Shown here piece by piece: positions 1 to 8,080 of a stretch of 64,000 nt of DNA (the first letter of the stretch is position 1; each line of letters begins with the position of its first letter). A model generated the notes under the pieces. It did not search any database and had not been told where the DNA came from. It was given only the letters and a program-made list of their open reading frames with translations. Origin of the DNA: an uncultured Clostridia bacterium. GTDB lineage: Bacteria > Bacillota > Clostridia > Christensenellales > Borkfalkiaceae. The DNA is taken from contig CAZQNK010000002.1 of the NCBI GenBank assembly GCA_964594955.1, forward strand, positions 13,037 through 77,036. The letters are read 5' to 3'. The position numbers were made by a program, and so were the translations under genes.

Positions 1-358
1 CCATCTCGCATACGGAAAGATAGGCGAGCGTGGCCGCTATTTTAATAGCTTGCTCGTCCTTTTTTCCGTTTCCGTAGCCGACGGAGCGGCTGGCGTCGAT
101 ATAAATTCTGGTGTGAAGCTGGCGCTCGTCCAGATAGAGTTTAAGATACATCTTATCGAAACGGGCGTAAGCGTTCCAGTCGATCTTTTTGATCTCGTCG
201 CCGGCCATATAGTCGCGGTAGTCGGCAAATTCGCACGACGAACCGTAAGATTTGCTCTTGTGGTTGCCGCCGAAAAGCCCCGCGACGTTATTTTTTACAA
301 GGGTCTGCAACAGCTCCACCTGTTGCAAAAACGCCTCGTTTACGGGTAAATTGTTCAT
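1..358 (-). CDS. DUF58 domain protein, 5' part (gene runs off the left edge)
   Basis: Not in the ORF track because it is open at the window edge. Own translation from ATG at 358: MNNLPVNEAFLQQVELLQTLVKNNVAGLFGGNHKSKSYGSSCEFADYRDYMAGDEIKKIDWNAYARFDKMYLKLYLDERQ... This matches the DUF58 signature (S-x-x-x-G-x-x-x-EF-x-x-x-R-x-Y-x-x-GD-x-x-x-x-IDW-x-x-x-AR). There is a 6-nt gap after the MoxR stop, the usual MoxR-DUF58 pairing. Confidence 0.8.
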   Translation of the reverse strand, partial: MNNLPVNEAFLQQVELLQTLVKNNVAGLFGGNHKSKSYGSSCEFADYRDYMAGDEIKKIDWNAYARFDKMYLKLYLDERQLHTRIYIDASRSVGYGNGKKDEQAIKIAATLAYLSVCEM

Positions 359-364
359 CTTATG

Positions 365-1360
365 TTACTTGGATAATTTCCTGTTTTCGGCCACCAACTG
401 CGCGATAACGTCGTCCACCGTAAGTTTTTCGTTTATGGCGTTGTAATTTATCTTTATCCTGTGTCTTAAAACGGGGTAAGCAAGGGCGTCAATATCCTTG
501 TAAGCCACGTTATATCTGCCGTCCATGAGCGCACGTATTTTCGCACAGGTGATAAGCGCCTGCGCCGCACGGGGAGACGCGCCGTATTTGAGATATTTTT
601 TAGCCGTTTCAGAAGTTTTGGGCGTTTCGGGATGACTGTATGCGACAAGATTTACCGCATATTTGAGAACGTCCTCCGCAACGGGCACGGTTTTTGCGAG
701 TTCGCGCATCTGTAAAATGGTTTCGCCGTCGACCACCGCCGCAGCCGTCTCTTCCATAGTCGCCTGCGTCATGTTTACTATGTCGGCAAGTTCTTCCGCC
801 GTGGGGAAGCCCATGATGAGTTTGAACATGAAACGGTCCATCTGCGCTTCGGGCAGGGGATATGTGCCGTCCTGTTCAATGGGGTTTTCCGTAGCGAGGA
901 CGAAGAAAGGTTCAGCCATATTATACGTCTGTTTGGAAATCGTAACCTTGTGCTCCTGCATAACTTCAAGCATGGCCGACTGCGTTTTGGGGGTGGCGCG
1001 GTTGATTTCATCCGCAAGGATAAGGCTTGCGAAGATGGGACCCTTCTGGAATACGATGTTCATATTCCCGCTTACGTCCTTTTCTATTACGTTTGTACCC
1101 GTTACGTCCGACGGCATGAGGTCGGGCGTGAACTGTATACGGGCAAAGGGAAGGCGGAGAGTTTTACTCAAAGAACGGACGAGACGGGTTTTACCGACGC
1201 CGGGAACGCCTTCGAGAAGCACGTTGCCGCCCGCGATTATGGCGGTTATGACGTTGTCCACGACGTCATCCTGTCCGACGACGTCCTTACGGATTTGCTC
1301 CTTGACTTCCTCAATAGATTTGCTGAATCTTTCAACTTGTTTATCCATTTGATTTTCCAT
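365..1360 (-). CDS. MoxR-family AAA+ ATPase
   Basis: 331 aa. Walker A is LLEGVPGVGKT and Walker B is LILADEINRATPKTQSAMLEVMQE. Length and C-terminal lid are typical of MoxR, and DUF58 follows. Confidence 0.9.
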   Translation of the reverse strand: MENQMDKQVERFSKSIEEVKEQIRKDVVGQDDVVDNVITAIIAGGNVLLEGVPGVGKTRLVRSLSKTLRLPFARIQFTPDLMPSDVTGTNVIEKDVSGNMNIVFQKGPIFASLILADEINRATPKTQSAMLEVMQEHKVTISKQTYNMAEPFFVLATENPIEQDGTYPLPEAQMDRFMFKLIMGFPTAEELADIVNMTQATMEETAAAVVDGETILQMRELAKTVPVAEDVLKYAVNLVAYSHPETPKTSETAKKYLKYGASPRAAQALITCAKIRALMDGRYNVAYKDIDALAYPVLRHRIKINYNAINEKLTVDDVIAQLVAENRKLSK

Positions 1361-1456
1361 TTTTTATTCCTGCTGATTAATTTATTTTTCAACGACGCAA
1401 ACCCTAAGTCAACGCCTTAATTTTTGATTTGTCGGCGGATATGCCGCCGTTAACGC

Positions 1457-3274
1457 TCAGTCGGCGGCATCGGGAACGTTTATAAGGTAATTAAGATAAG
1501 CCCTGATATAGTTCTTCACTTCATCGGAAATTTCGTCGCTGTCAAGCAGCTCGTTCAACTTCTGACGGTATCCGCTGTCAAGCAATTCCGCATAGAAGGT
1601 ATATTCGCCCGTTTCGGGATTGTAGATGTAATCGTTGCCGGGATAAAGCGTTTCGCCCGTACCGTCGCCTCCGGGGCCGCTGATTTCGGGGTCGGTACTG
1701 CCTTCGCCCGATTCTGAGGAACCGTCGTTGACGGCGCGCCCGACCACGTCTACGCCGAATATACTGCCGAGAGTAGTTCTTATGTATGCGTCCGCCATGT
1801 AAGTATAGGCCTGCGTCTGCATTGCGGGAACGGAATTTGCTATAAAAGTATGGATAGCGCCGTCGTTTCCGCTTCCGTCGCCGGCTATTTCCGTTATAAC
1901 TTTGGAAAGCTGGTATTTAACGGCGCCCGTGCCGTTATAACGCGAATATGCCGTATAAGACGTGCTGTAAAGGTCGTAAACCGCGTCGTACAAAGCGTCG
2001 CCCGAAGCGATTTTTTCGCGCGAACCGCCGAACTTTACTCCGCCGTCAATGAGCGCGTCGTAATATTCTTTCAGCCCGTCGGATTTAAGCGCGGCCGCAA
2101 GCGCATTGACGAATGTCGACAAAACCCCGTCGGCGTCTTCATCGGTAAGCTTGTACACGACGCCGCCGAACTCGTCTCCCGCAGATTGGATGTAGCCGTC
2201 AATCTTGTTGAACAGCTTATCGTTTACTTCGGAAAGAACGCTGTATGACGTGAGCACGGTATTTATATCCTTATAAGCCGCGGCGCCGCTTCTTAAAGCG
2301 TCGGAAAAGTAAGTTTCCTTTCCCACGGTCAGGCTATAAGCTATATCGTCGTAGGTGTTTACATCTATCGTGGTTTCCGAAACGTCATACATCGACTCCT
2401 GCACATACTGCGTGACCGCCGGGGCGGTTATGCCCTCCGAAGTGAGATCCGATAGCAGCCCGTCAAGCGTTTCCGCATAGGACTCCGAGGCTGTTTCGAC
2501 GAGAATCGTATCCCCCTCCACGTCCTTTATAAGCGCACGAAGCCGCGCAAGCAGCTCCTCTTTTACTTCATAAGGAATTTCCGCCTGCACGGGAGCGCTG
2601 CGCAGGGGCAAGGCCACGCCTGCGACGAACAGCGCAACGGCAACTGCCGCCGCAGCCGCCTTTAAAACGATGTTTACAGCCGTCGGTTTGCGCGCGGGCA
2701 CCGCTTTAAGAGAGGTTTCCGTATCCTCCCTCTGCTTATCGAGCATTGCGCCCTGCTTGCCTTCGTACTCTATCATGGTCTGCGTCTTTTCGTCGAGCGC
2801 ATGTATTCTGTCCAGCTTTTTGGCAAGTTTTTTATCCGTGGGGCGCAAAGCGAAGAAAACGGTTGCTCCGCATACCGCCGCCGCGCATATTCCCGCCAGA
2901 AGATAATAATACCACGCCAATGCGACGGCGCAGGTTTTCAGCGCCAAAAGCAACGCGCCCGTAACGAGGAGCCCGCACAAAATTCCGCACGCCGCTCCGC
3001 AGACGACGGCGCGCCGCAGATATTTTCGTTTCAGTTTATCGAACTCGCCGTGCTCGGCAGGCACGACCACCGTTCCGCCGTCTGCACGTTTGTTTTTGCC
3101 CTTCCGCTTATTTTCGCTTTTCAGTATATTTTCGCTCTTCCGCTTTTTCCTGTGTTCCTGTATGATAAGAACCGCGTCGATCGCGCCCGAAACGACAGCC
3201 AGAACGGTAAAAACGATGAAACACGTCATAAGGGTACTCTTGGGAATACCTATTGCAAGCAAAATTTCAGCCAT
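1457..3274 (-). CDS. multi-pass membrane protein of unknown function carrying the shared N-terminal anchor module (copy A)
   Basis: 605 aa. N-terminus MAEILLAIGIPKSTLMTCFIVFTVLAVVSGAIDAVLIIQEHRKKRK, then a Lys-rich loop, further hydrophobic helices (about aa 90-150 and 205-225), and a roughly 380-aa acidic domain with no motif I recognise. GGAGGG SD before the ATG. The gene ends 96 nt upstream of the moxR start on the same strand. Confidence 0.75.
   Translation of the reverse strand: MAEILLAIGIPKSTLMTCFIVFTVLAVVSGAIDAVLIIQEHRKKRKSENILKSENKRKGKNKRADGGTVVVPAEHGEFDKLKRKYLRRAVVCGAACGILCGLLVTGALLLALKTCAVALAWYYYLLAGICAAAVCGATVFFALRPTDKKLAKKLDRIHALDEKTQTMIEYEGKQGAMLDKQREDTETSLKAVPARKPTAVNIVLKAAAAAVAVALFVAGVALPLRSAPVQAEIPYEVKEELLARLRALIKDVEGDTILVETASESYAETLDGLLSDLTSEGITAPAVTQYVQESMYDVSETTIDVNTYDDIAYSLTVGKETYFSDALRSGAAAYKDINTVLTSYSVLSEVNDKLFNKIDGYIQSAGDEFGGVVYKLTDEDADGVLSTFVNALAAALKSDGLKEYYDALIDGGVKFGGSREKIASGDALYDAVYDLYSTSYTAYSRYNGTGAVKYQLSKVITEIAGDGSGNDGAIHTFIANSVPAMQTQAYTYMADAYIRTTLGSIFGVDVVGRAVNDGSSESGEGSTDPEISGPGGDGTGETLYPGNDYIYNPETGEYTFYAELLDSGYRQKLNELLDSDEISDEVKNYIRAYLNYLINVPDAAD
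3125..3274 (-). repeat. shared 5' cassette, copy A (SD + ATG + about 50 codons)
   Basis: Hand alignment gives about 87% nucleotide identity to 8756-8905. Same reading frame and same peptide. Confidence 0.85.
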
Positions 3275-3413
3275 TTTCGCCCTCCTTCCGCGTTTTTCCG
3301 CAATATAACGCTTATATAAATATAACGTTTATATGATAGTTATATGATAAGTAAATGAATAAAAAAATAAATAAATAATAAATAAATGAATAAAAAAGAA
3401 TAACGATCGGCGC

Positions 3414-3471
3414 GGCGAGACGCGCCTGTAACGCCTGATATTGGCGAGGCGCGCCGATTACACCTGATATT
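3414..3471. repeat. 29-nt tandem direct repeat (2 units) in a divergent promoter region
   Basis: Unit 1 ggcgagacgcgcctgtaacgcctgatatt (3414-3442) is followed directly by unit 2 ggcgaggcgcgccgattacacctgatatt (3443-3471). The pair is flanked by the 9-bp inverted repeat atcggcgcg/cgcgccgat. A cttgcccattggcaag palindrome lies about 20 nt downstream. Confidence 0.7.
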
Positions 3472-3722
3472 ACAGTATTATAGCAAATTTCTTGCCCATT
3501 GGCAAGCAAATTATATGCACGCATTATGGCAATCCGAAATAAAAATTTATTTTACGGATAAAATTTTCTTATCGCGGGTATATAATCAGATTATATAAAT
3601 GTGAAATTTTGTATAAATAATAATTACATAAGTAAAATCAATTGCAAAAAAGGATATAAAGTGATAAAATAAGCCGTAAGCTGCAATGCTTTACTAAATA
3701 AAAAATTATAAGGACATTATTT

Positions 3723-6700
3723 ATGAACCCCGTTTTAAGAAAAGGTTTGATTGCCGTCCTTTCGTTGTGTTCGGCGGTATGCCTGGCGTTGGGCGTAGCC
3801 GCCTGCGGCGGCGGCCACAATTTCAGTGAGAAATGGTCGTCGGACGACGTTGCCCACTGGCACGCCTGCACAGACAAAGGCTGCAACGAAAAAAGCGACT
3901 ATGAGGAGCATACCCCCGCCGACGAAGGCACCAAAGTGGATGAATATATTTACTATACATGCGAAGTTTGCGGGAAGGAGTACCGTTCCGAATCGGCAAC
4001 TTATATAGTCAACGTCAAAAATATCGGCAAAGCGGGCATAAGGGGCGTATCCGTTTCACTGTACGACGAAAGCAATAATCTTCTCTCTACCGAAACGAGC
4101 GGCACGGGCGGCATAGTAAGGTTCCGTAACCTGAAGGCGGCAAACTACAAAGCCGTTGTCGACGCAACTACCATTCCCGACGGATATACTTGCGGCGAAG
4201 AAGCTCTTACGCTTGATTTTACTGCGGACGTAAGGGCAGAGACGGTGTACCTGACTCCCCATCTTATAACGGATAAGGAAATGCCCACCGGCACGAAATA
4301 CAGCCTCGGAAGCGTTGTATACGACTTTGAATACACCGCATACTACAACGACGGGGCAAGCAGCACGATAAAACTTTCCGAGTATCTTAAAAATTATAGT
4401 GCGGTAGTTCTGCAGTTCTTCTATACGGGATGCTCTCCCTGCAGGGAGGAATTCCCCTATATCAATAAGGTTTACAACTACACCGCCTCCACAACGGGCG
4501 AAAATTACTATGATAAAATCGGCTGGATAGAGTTTGACTCTCCCACGGCGGGCGATACTCTCGGCGTTATGCAGAATTTTATTACGAGCAGCTACGGATT
4601 TGACAATTTTGCATACGTCTACGATGAAGCGCGCTACGATACTAATTTCGGCGTTACAGCCTATCCCACCACGGTAGTTATCGACAGATACGGCGTCGTT
4701 GCATATTATGAGTCGGGTTCGCAGCCCTCGTATTCGCCCTGGATTAAACTGTTTGAGTACTATTCTTCGGACGATTATGCGCCCAATTACTCCTCTTCCG
4801 GCGGCAGCTCGGACAGCGATACGGACACTACGGTGATACCCAACGTAACTATGCCCGACAGCAGCGAGTTTGTCGAATCTATAGTCACAACAGACGACAA
4901 ATACACCTTTGCCGACACGTTCACCTTCTCGCCCTACTCCGATGAGGACGGCAATCTTGACATATACAGCTGGCCCTGGCTTGTAAGCGGCAAAGACGAC
5001 GACGAGATAGACAGCATAAGCGATTACATTTATACCTCTAACGCCCATGAGTTGGGCACCTATTCCATACTTGTAATAGACGTTCAGCTTGAAGAGGGTC
5101 AGGTGTTCATGTTCGATTACTTTACTTCGACCGAACCCGGCAACGACATACTTTACGTACAGGTAGATACCGTTCTGCAAGCGCAATTATCGGGCGAGGC
5201 GGAAGGTTGGAAAACCTTCTATTATGTCGCCGCACATACGGGCAGTTATCAAATTACCCTGACTTATAGCAAAGACTCATCGATTGACGTAGGCGACGAC
5301 AAGATTTACGTTTCCAACATGCGCCTCGGGCTTGCCGAAGAGATTAAGGATAAAAAACTTCCCACGCCCGACCTGCTTTACAATGCGGCGACCGCCTATA
5401 CGGCGGAAGAGGGCAACACATACGGTCCCGGCTACGGCTATTCAGATTATGTAAGCGTTTATCTTTCCTCGGACGGCTACTATCATGTCGACCTTTACAA
5501 CAAGGGTAAGAGCGACGGCGACAGCCCCGACGGCGATCCCTACCTGCTTGCAGACCTGACCCATACCACCCCTTGGAACGCCACGTACAGCGTCTGGCTT
5601 TACGCCTACGTCGTACTTCATTCGGAAGATACCGACGGTTCAGGCGACAAAGATGGCATTCTTTACAAAAACCGTGCCTATGCGGAAGCTTTGGAGGACT
5701 ATTCCTGGGTACAGAACAACTGCGATTGGAACTATGTGCCCGTAAACGAGGAGCTCGCCACGATAATCAAAGCCGTAGTTAACTCATACGGAACCGAACG
5801 GCAGAAGACCAACGAAAACCAGTGGCTGGAAGTTTGCCGTTACTTTATACACTACGGGGCGGCCCATTCCGACGGCGACAGCTGTTACGCGAACGACAAC
5901 CTCGCCCTGACGTACGGCAATAGGATGCCCCTGTATTCGGGAGAAGTGAGCGACGAGAACTCGGAAGGCAACGAGCGGATAATTCACGTAGAAGTTAAAG
6001 CTCCCGTCATACCGCGCGGCTTCTATTACAGCTTCACTGCGAAAACCGACGGCGTATACCTCGTTTACACCAATGAAAACGCCGACGAAACAACTGTGGA
6101 TCCCTACGTATGGGTGGCGAAAGCCGACGGAGAGTTTATCGCAGAAAACGACGACTTTGACCTTTCGGTAATCTATTCGGGATATATAAGCGCAAAAGAC
6201 TCCGAAAAATATGCGTACAACAGCTATATACGCGTTTATCTTAAAGCGGGCGAAATTTATATGATATGCGGAGCCGTTGCCGAAGACGATGGCAATTTCG
6301 ACGTTTACATCAGATATTTGGGCAAAGAACTTACCTATTTCACCCCCGTTTCGGACGATTACATCTACACCTACATCTACAACTACGACGAAGAAACCGA
6401 CGAAGAAACCTATGAAATTTACTATCCCACGTTCTTCTCCGACAGATACGGTGTGGACGACGAAGGTTTCTACGCGGTGAACGACGACGGAACAAAATCC
6501 CCTATTTATATAAATATGACGGGAACAACCTATTACCAGATAGGGTACGCCGGGATGACGTTAGCAGATATGATCGAGAATGACTACTGGACGGGAGCTA
6601 ACAACGTTAAGATGCGCGATTACCTGAATATGGCGAAAAACAACACCGACGTTACCGTCGACGGCATATCTTTGGCGGGCTTTGTACGCGCCGACGAAAC

Positions 6701-6848
6701 GATTGCCAAAATACTGAATGATGCAATCAACGGCGGAAGTTCAAGCGAGGTGGCCAACTATTGCTCCAACGCCTGGATGTTGACGGCGTTCTACGAGAGA
6801 ACCATAAACGCCTGGTCGGCAGCGCAAGACGAGGACGAAGACGAATGA
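3723..6848 (+). CDS. large surface lipoprotein with a Cys/His-rich module, Ig-like beta-sandwich, TlpA/ResA-like thioredoxin domain (CSPC) and a long acidic C-terminal region
   Basis: 1041 aa. Lipobox LGVAA|C (Cys28). HNFSEKWSSDDVAHWHACTDKGC...YYTCEVCG module at aa 31-88. VNVKNIGKAGIRGVSVSLYDESNNLL..GGIVRFRNL is CarboxypepD_reg-like. FFYTGCSPCREEFP (CSPC at nt 4431-4442) and AYPTTVVIDRYG form the thioredoxin fold. There is a PPC-like segment DPYVWVAKADGEFIAENDD. Confidence 0.85.
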   Translation: MNPVLRKGLIAVLSLCSAVCLALGVAACGGGHNFSEKWSSDDVAHWHACTDKGCNEKSDYEEHTPADEGTKVDEYIYYTCEVCGKEYRSESATYIVNVKNIGKAGIRGVSVSLYDESNNLLSTETSGTGGIVRFRNLKAANYKAVVDATTIPDGYTCGEEALTLDFTADVRAETVYLTPHLITDKEMPTGTKYSLGSVVYDFEYTAYYNDGASSTIKLSEYLKNYSAVVLQFFYTGCSPCREEFPYINKVYNYTASTTGENYYDKIGWIEFDSPTAGDTLGVMQNFITSSYGFDNFAYVYDEARYDTNFGVTAYPTTVVIDRYGVVAYYESGSQPSYSPWIKLFEYYSSDDYAPNYSSSGGSSDSDTDTTVIPNVTMPDSSEFVESIVTTDDKYTFADTFTFSPYSDEDGNLDIYSWPWLVSGKDDDEIDSISDYIYTSNAHELGTYSILVIDVQLEEGQVFMFDYFTSTEPGNDILYVQVDTVLQAQLSGEAEGWKTFYYVAAHTGSYQITLTYSKDSSIDVGDDKIYVSNMRLGLAEEIKDKKLPTPDLLYNAATAYTAEEGNTYGPGYGYSDYVSVYLSSDGYYHVDLYNKGKSDGDSPDGDPYLLADLTHTTPWNATYSVWLYAYVVLHSEDTDGSGDKDGILYKNRAYAEALEDYSWVQNNCDWNYVPVNEELATIIKAVVNSYGTERQKTNENQWLEVCRYFIHYGAAHSDGDSCYANDNLALTYGNRMPLYSGEVSDENSEGNERIIHVEVKAPVIPRGFYYSFTAKTDGVYLVYTNENADETTVDPYVWVAKADGEFIAENDDFDLSVIYSGYISAKDSEKYAYNSYIRVYLKAGEIYMICGAVAEDDGNFDVYIRYLGKELTYFTPVSDDYIYTYIYNYDEETDEETYEIYYPTFFSDRYGVDDEGFYAVNDDGTKSPIYINMTGTTYYQIGYAGMTLADMIENDYWTGANNVKMRDYLNMAKNNTDVTVDGISLAGFVRADETIAKILNDAINGGSSSEVANYCSNAWMLTAFYERTINAWSAAQDEDEDE

Positions 6849-6907
6849 CGGTATAAACGCGTTACGCTCTTGCATTATAGTATTCTATAACAACTCTATA
6901 ACGACTG

Positions 6908-6937
6908 CGCCGCGCGGCTTTCAAAAGCCGCGCGGCG
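6908..6937 (+). terminator. GC-rich hairpin downstream of the 1041-aa lipoprotein gene
   Basis: gccgcgcggctt-tcaa-aagccgcgcggc, a 12-bp perfect stem 60 nt after the stop. The T-tract after it is only partial. Confidence 0.5.
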
Positions 6938-6990
6938 TTACGTTTAATTATTTCAACCAACTTCTTTTCCCAAGCCAGCCGCCCCTCCTC

Positions 6991-7037
6991 TGTCATTCCG
7001 AGCGTAGGCGCGCGAGCGTAGCAAAGCTTTGCGCACC
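6991..7037. repeat. REP/MITE-like unit, forward orientation
   Basis: tgtcattccgagcgtaggcgcgcgagcgtagc... has the same GTCATTCCGAGCG head as the units at 12448, 12487 and 48542-48668. It is paired with the inverted unit at 7056-7150. Confidence 0.7.
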
Positions 7038-7055
7038 TTATTATAAAAGACTTCG

Positions 7056-7150
7056 ATTATATTGCGCAAAGAAATCCCCCAAGGTGGCGCGGCGTTTTTC
7101 AAGGAGATCTCTCCACGCCGTTCACTGCGTTCACTTTGGTCGAGATGACA
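7056..7150. repeat. REP/MITE-like unit, reverse orientation (about 95 nt, extended form)
   Basis: attatattgcgcaaagaaa...gagatctctccacgccgttcactgcgttcactttggtcgagatgaca. The 47-nt core 7104-7150 differs at 1 position from 12546-12592. The about 95-nt form recurs at 7815-7906. Confidence 0.8.
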
Positions 7151-7288
7151 GGGGTCGCGCCGCCTTTCCGAGCCGAATATACTTCATGACAATAAAGTGA
7201 AATTGAAAATTCCGCCCTGCATACGCTTGACCGTTTATGAAAAAAAAGGTATACTATATACAATAATTTAATAAAAAAGGAGCTTATT

Positions 7289-7777
7289 ATGAAATTTTTC
7301 AAAAAAATATTCCTGCCCGTTCTTGCGGCGGTCTGCGCATTTGCGGTTTGTCTTTCTTTCGCCGCCTGCACCGAAACTACGGAAACTCCCGTTACAGAGG
7401 AGCCGCTTGATAAATACAGCAAATACGCCGACGAAAACGACGATACCAACTGGGATTATACGACGTATGTTATCTATCTTGAACTGCCCGACGGCGCGTC
7501 AGCGGCAGACGTTTATGTGCAAATTTGCAGCGGATCAAATTGTTTACCAACTAGGACAAACGAAGACGGCAGAGCAAGCGTAACTTTCCCGTCTTCACAA
7601 CAAAATCAGAAAGTATATATCCATTTTAATGATAAGTATGATAGCAACTATGAAAACATAATTGGTTATGATATACCCGAATGTTGCGAAATCCCCAATG
7701 GCAGTACAGAACAAGACGGCAAAGCCGTTTGGTTTTTAAACGAGAAGGTTACGACGCTTAAGTTTGTAGCCGCATAA
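7289..7777 (+). CDS. small lipoprotein, unknown function
   Basis: 162 aa. MKFFKKIFLPVLAAVCAFAVCLSFAA|C lipobox (Cys27). AGGAG SD 7 nt upstream. Flanked on both sides by the same about 95-nt repeat. Confidence 0.75.
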   Translation: MKFFKKIFLPVLAAVCAFAVCLSFAACTETTETPVTEEPLDKYSKYADENDDTNWDYTTYVIYLELPDGASAADVYVQICSGSNCLPTRTNEDGRASVTFPSSQQNQKVYIHFNDKYDSNYENIIGYDIPECCEIPNGSTEQDGKAVWFLNEKVTTLKFVAA

Positions 7778-7814
7778 CCCGCTATTTCAGTTACATTACC
7801 GTAAAGACTTAAAA

Positions 7815-7906
7815 TTATATTGCGCAAAGAAAGCGCCAAGCATGGAACGGCGTTTTATAAGGGGATCTCTCCGCTCGTTCGTTACACTCCCTCGGTCGAG
7901 ATGACA
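7815..7906. repeat. REP/MITE-like unit, reverse orientation (second copy of the about 95-nt form)
   Basis: attatattgcgcaaagaaagcgccaag...gggatctctccgctcgttcgttacactccctcggtcgagatgaca. Direct repeat of 7056-7150. Confidence 0.75.
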
Positions 7907-7932
7907 AAAGGGGCGGTTTCGCTCCCCACCAC

Positions 7933-7979
7933 TGTCATCTTGAGCGGAGTGAGCGTAGCGAACGCAGTCGAAAGATCTC
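7933..7979. repeat. REP/MITE-like unit, forward orientation
   Basis: tgtcatcttgagcggagtgagcgtagcgaacgcagtcgaaagatctc is the imperfect reverse complement of 7862-7906. Together they can fold into a stem-loop of about 120 nt. Confidence 0.75.
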
Positions 7980-8019
7980 GTGAACGCGCTCAGCGGGAGG
8001 TTTCCTTTTTACAAAGAAT

Positions 8020-8047
8020 GCCGCGCGGCTTTTGAAAGCCGCGCGGC
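8020..8047. terminator. bidirectional GC-rich hairpin
   Basis: gccgcgcggctt-ttga-aagccgcgcggc, a 12-bp stem and near copy of 6908-6937. A T-rich run follows on the plus strand. It lies 34 nt past the stop of the minus-strand TlpA-like gene. Confidence 0.55.
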
Positions 8048-8080
8048 TGTTTCCTTTTATTTTATAAACAACTACAAAAC

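Noticed and set aside
663-1420. Plus-strand ORFs 663-1352 and 950-1420 opposite moxR, and 9171-9962 / 10376-10765 opposite the redox operon
   Set aside because: They are antisense to genes with clear motifs and show no start signals.
4056-5186. 376-aa minus-strand ORF inside the 1041-aa lipoprotein gene (also 4145-4336)
   Set aside because: It is antisense to a gene with clear domain content. The product is Arg/Val/Gly-rich with no motifs and no SD. Long antisense ORFs of this kind are common artefacts in coding DNA of about 50% GC.
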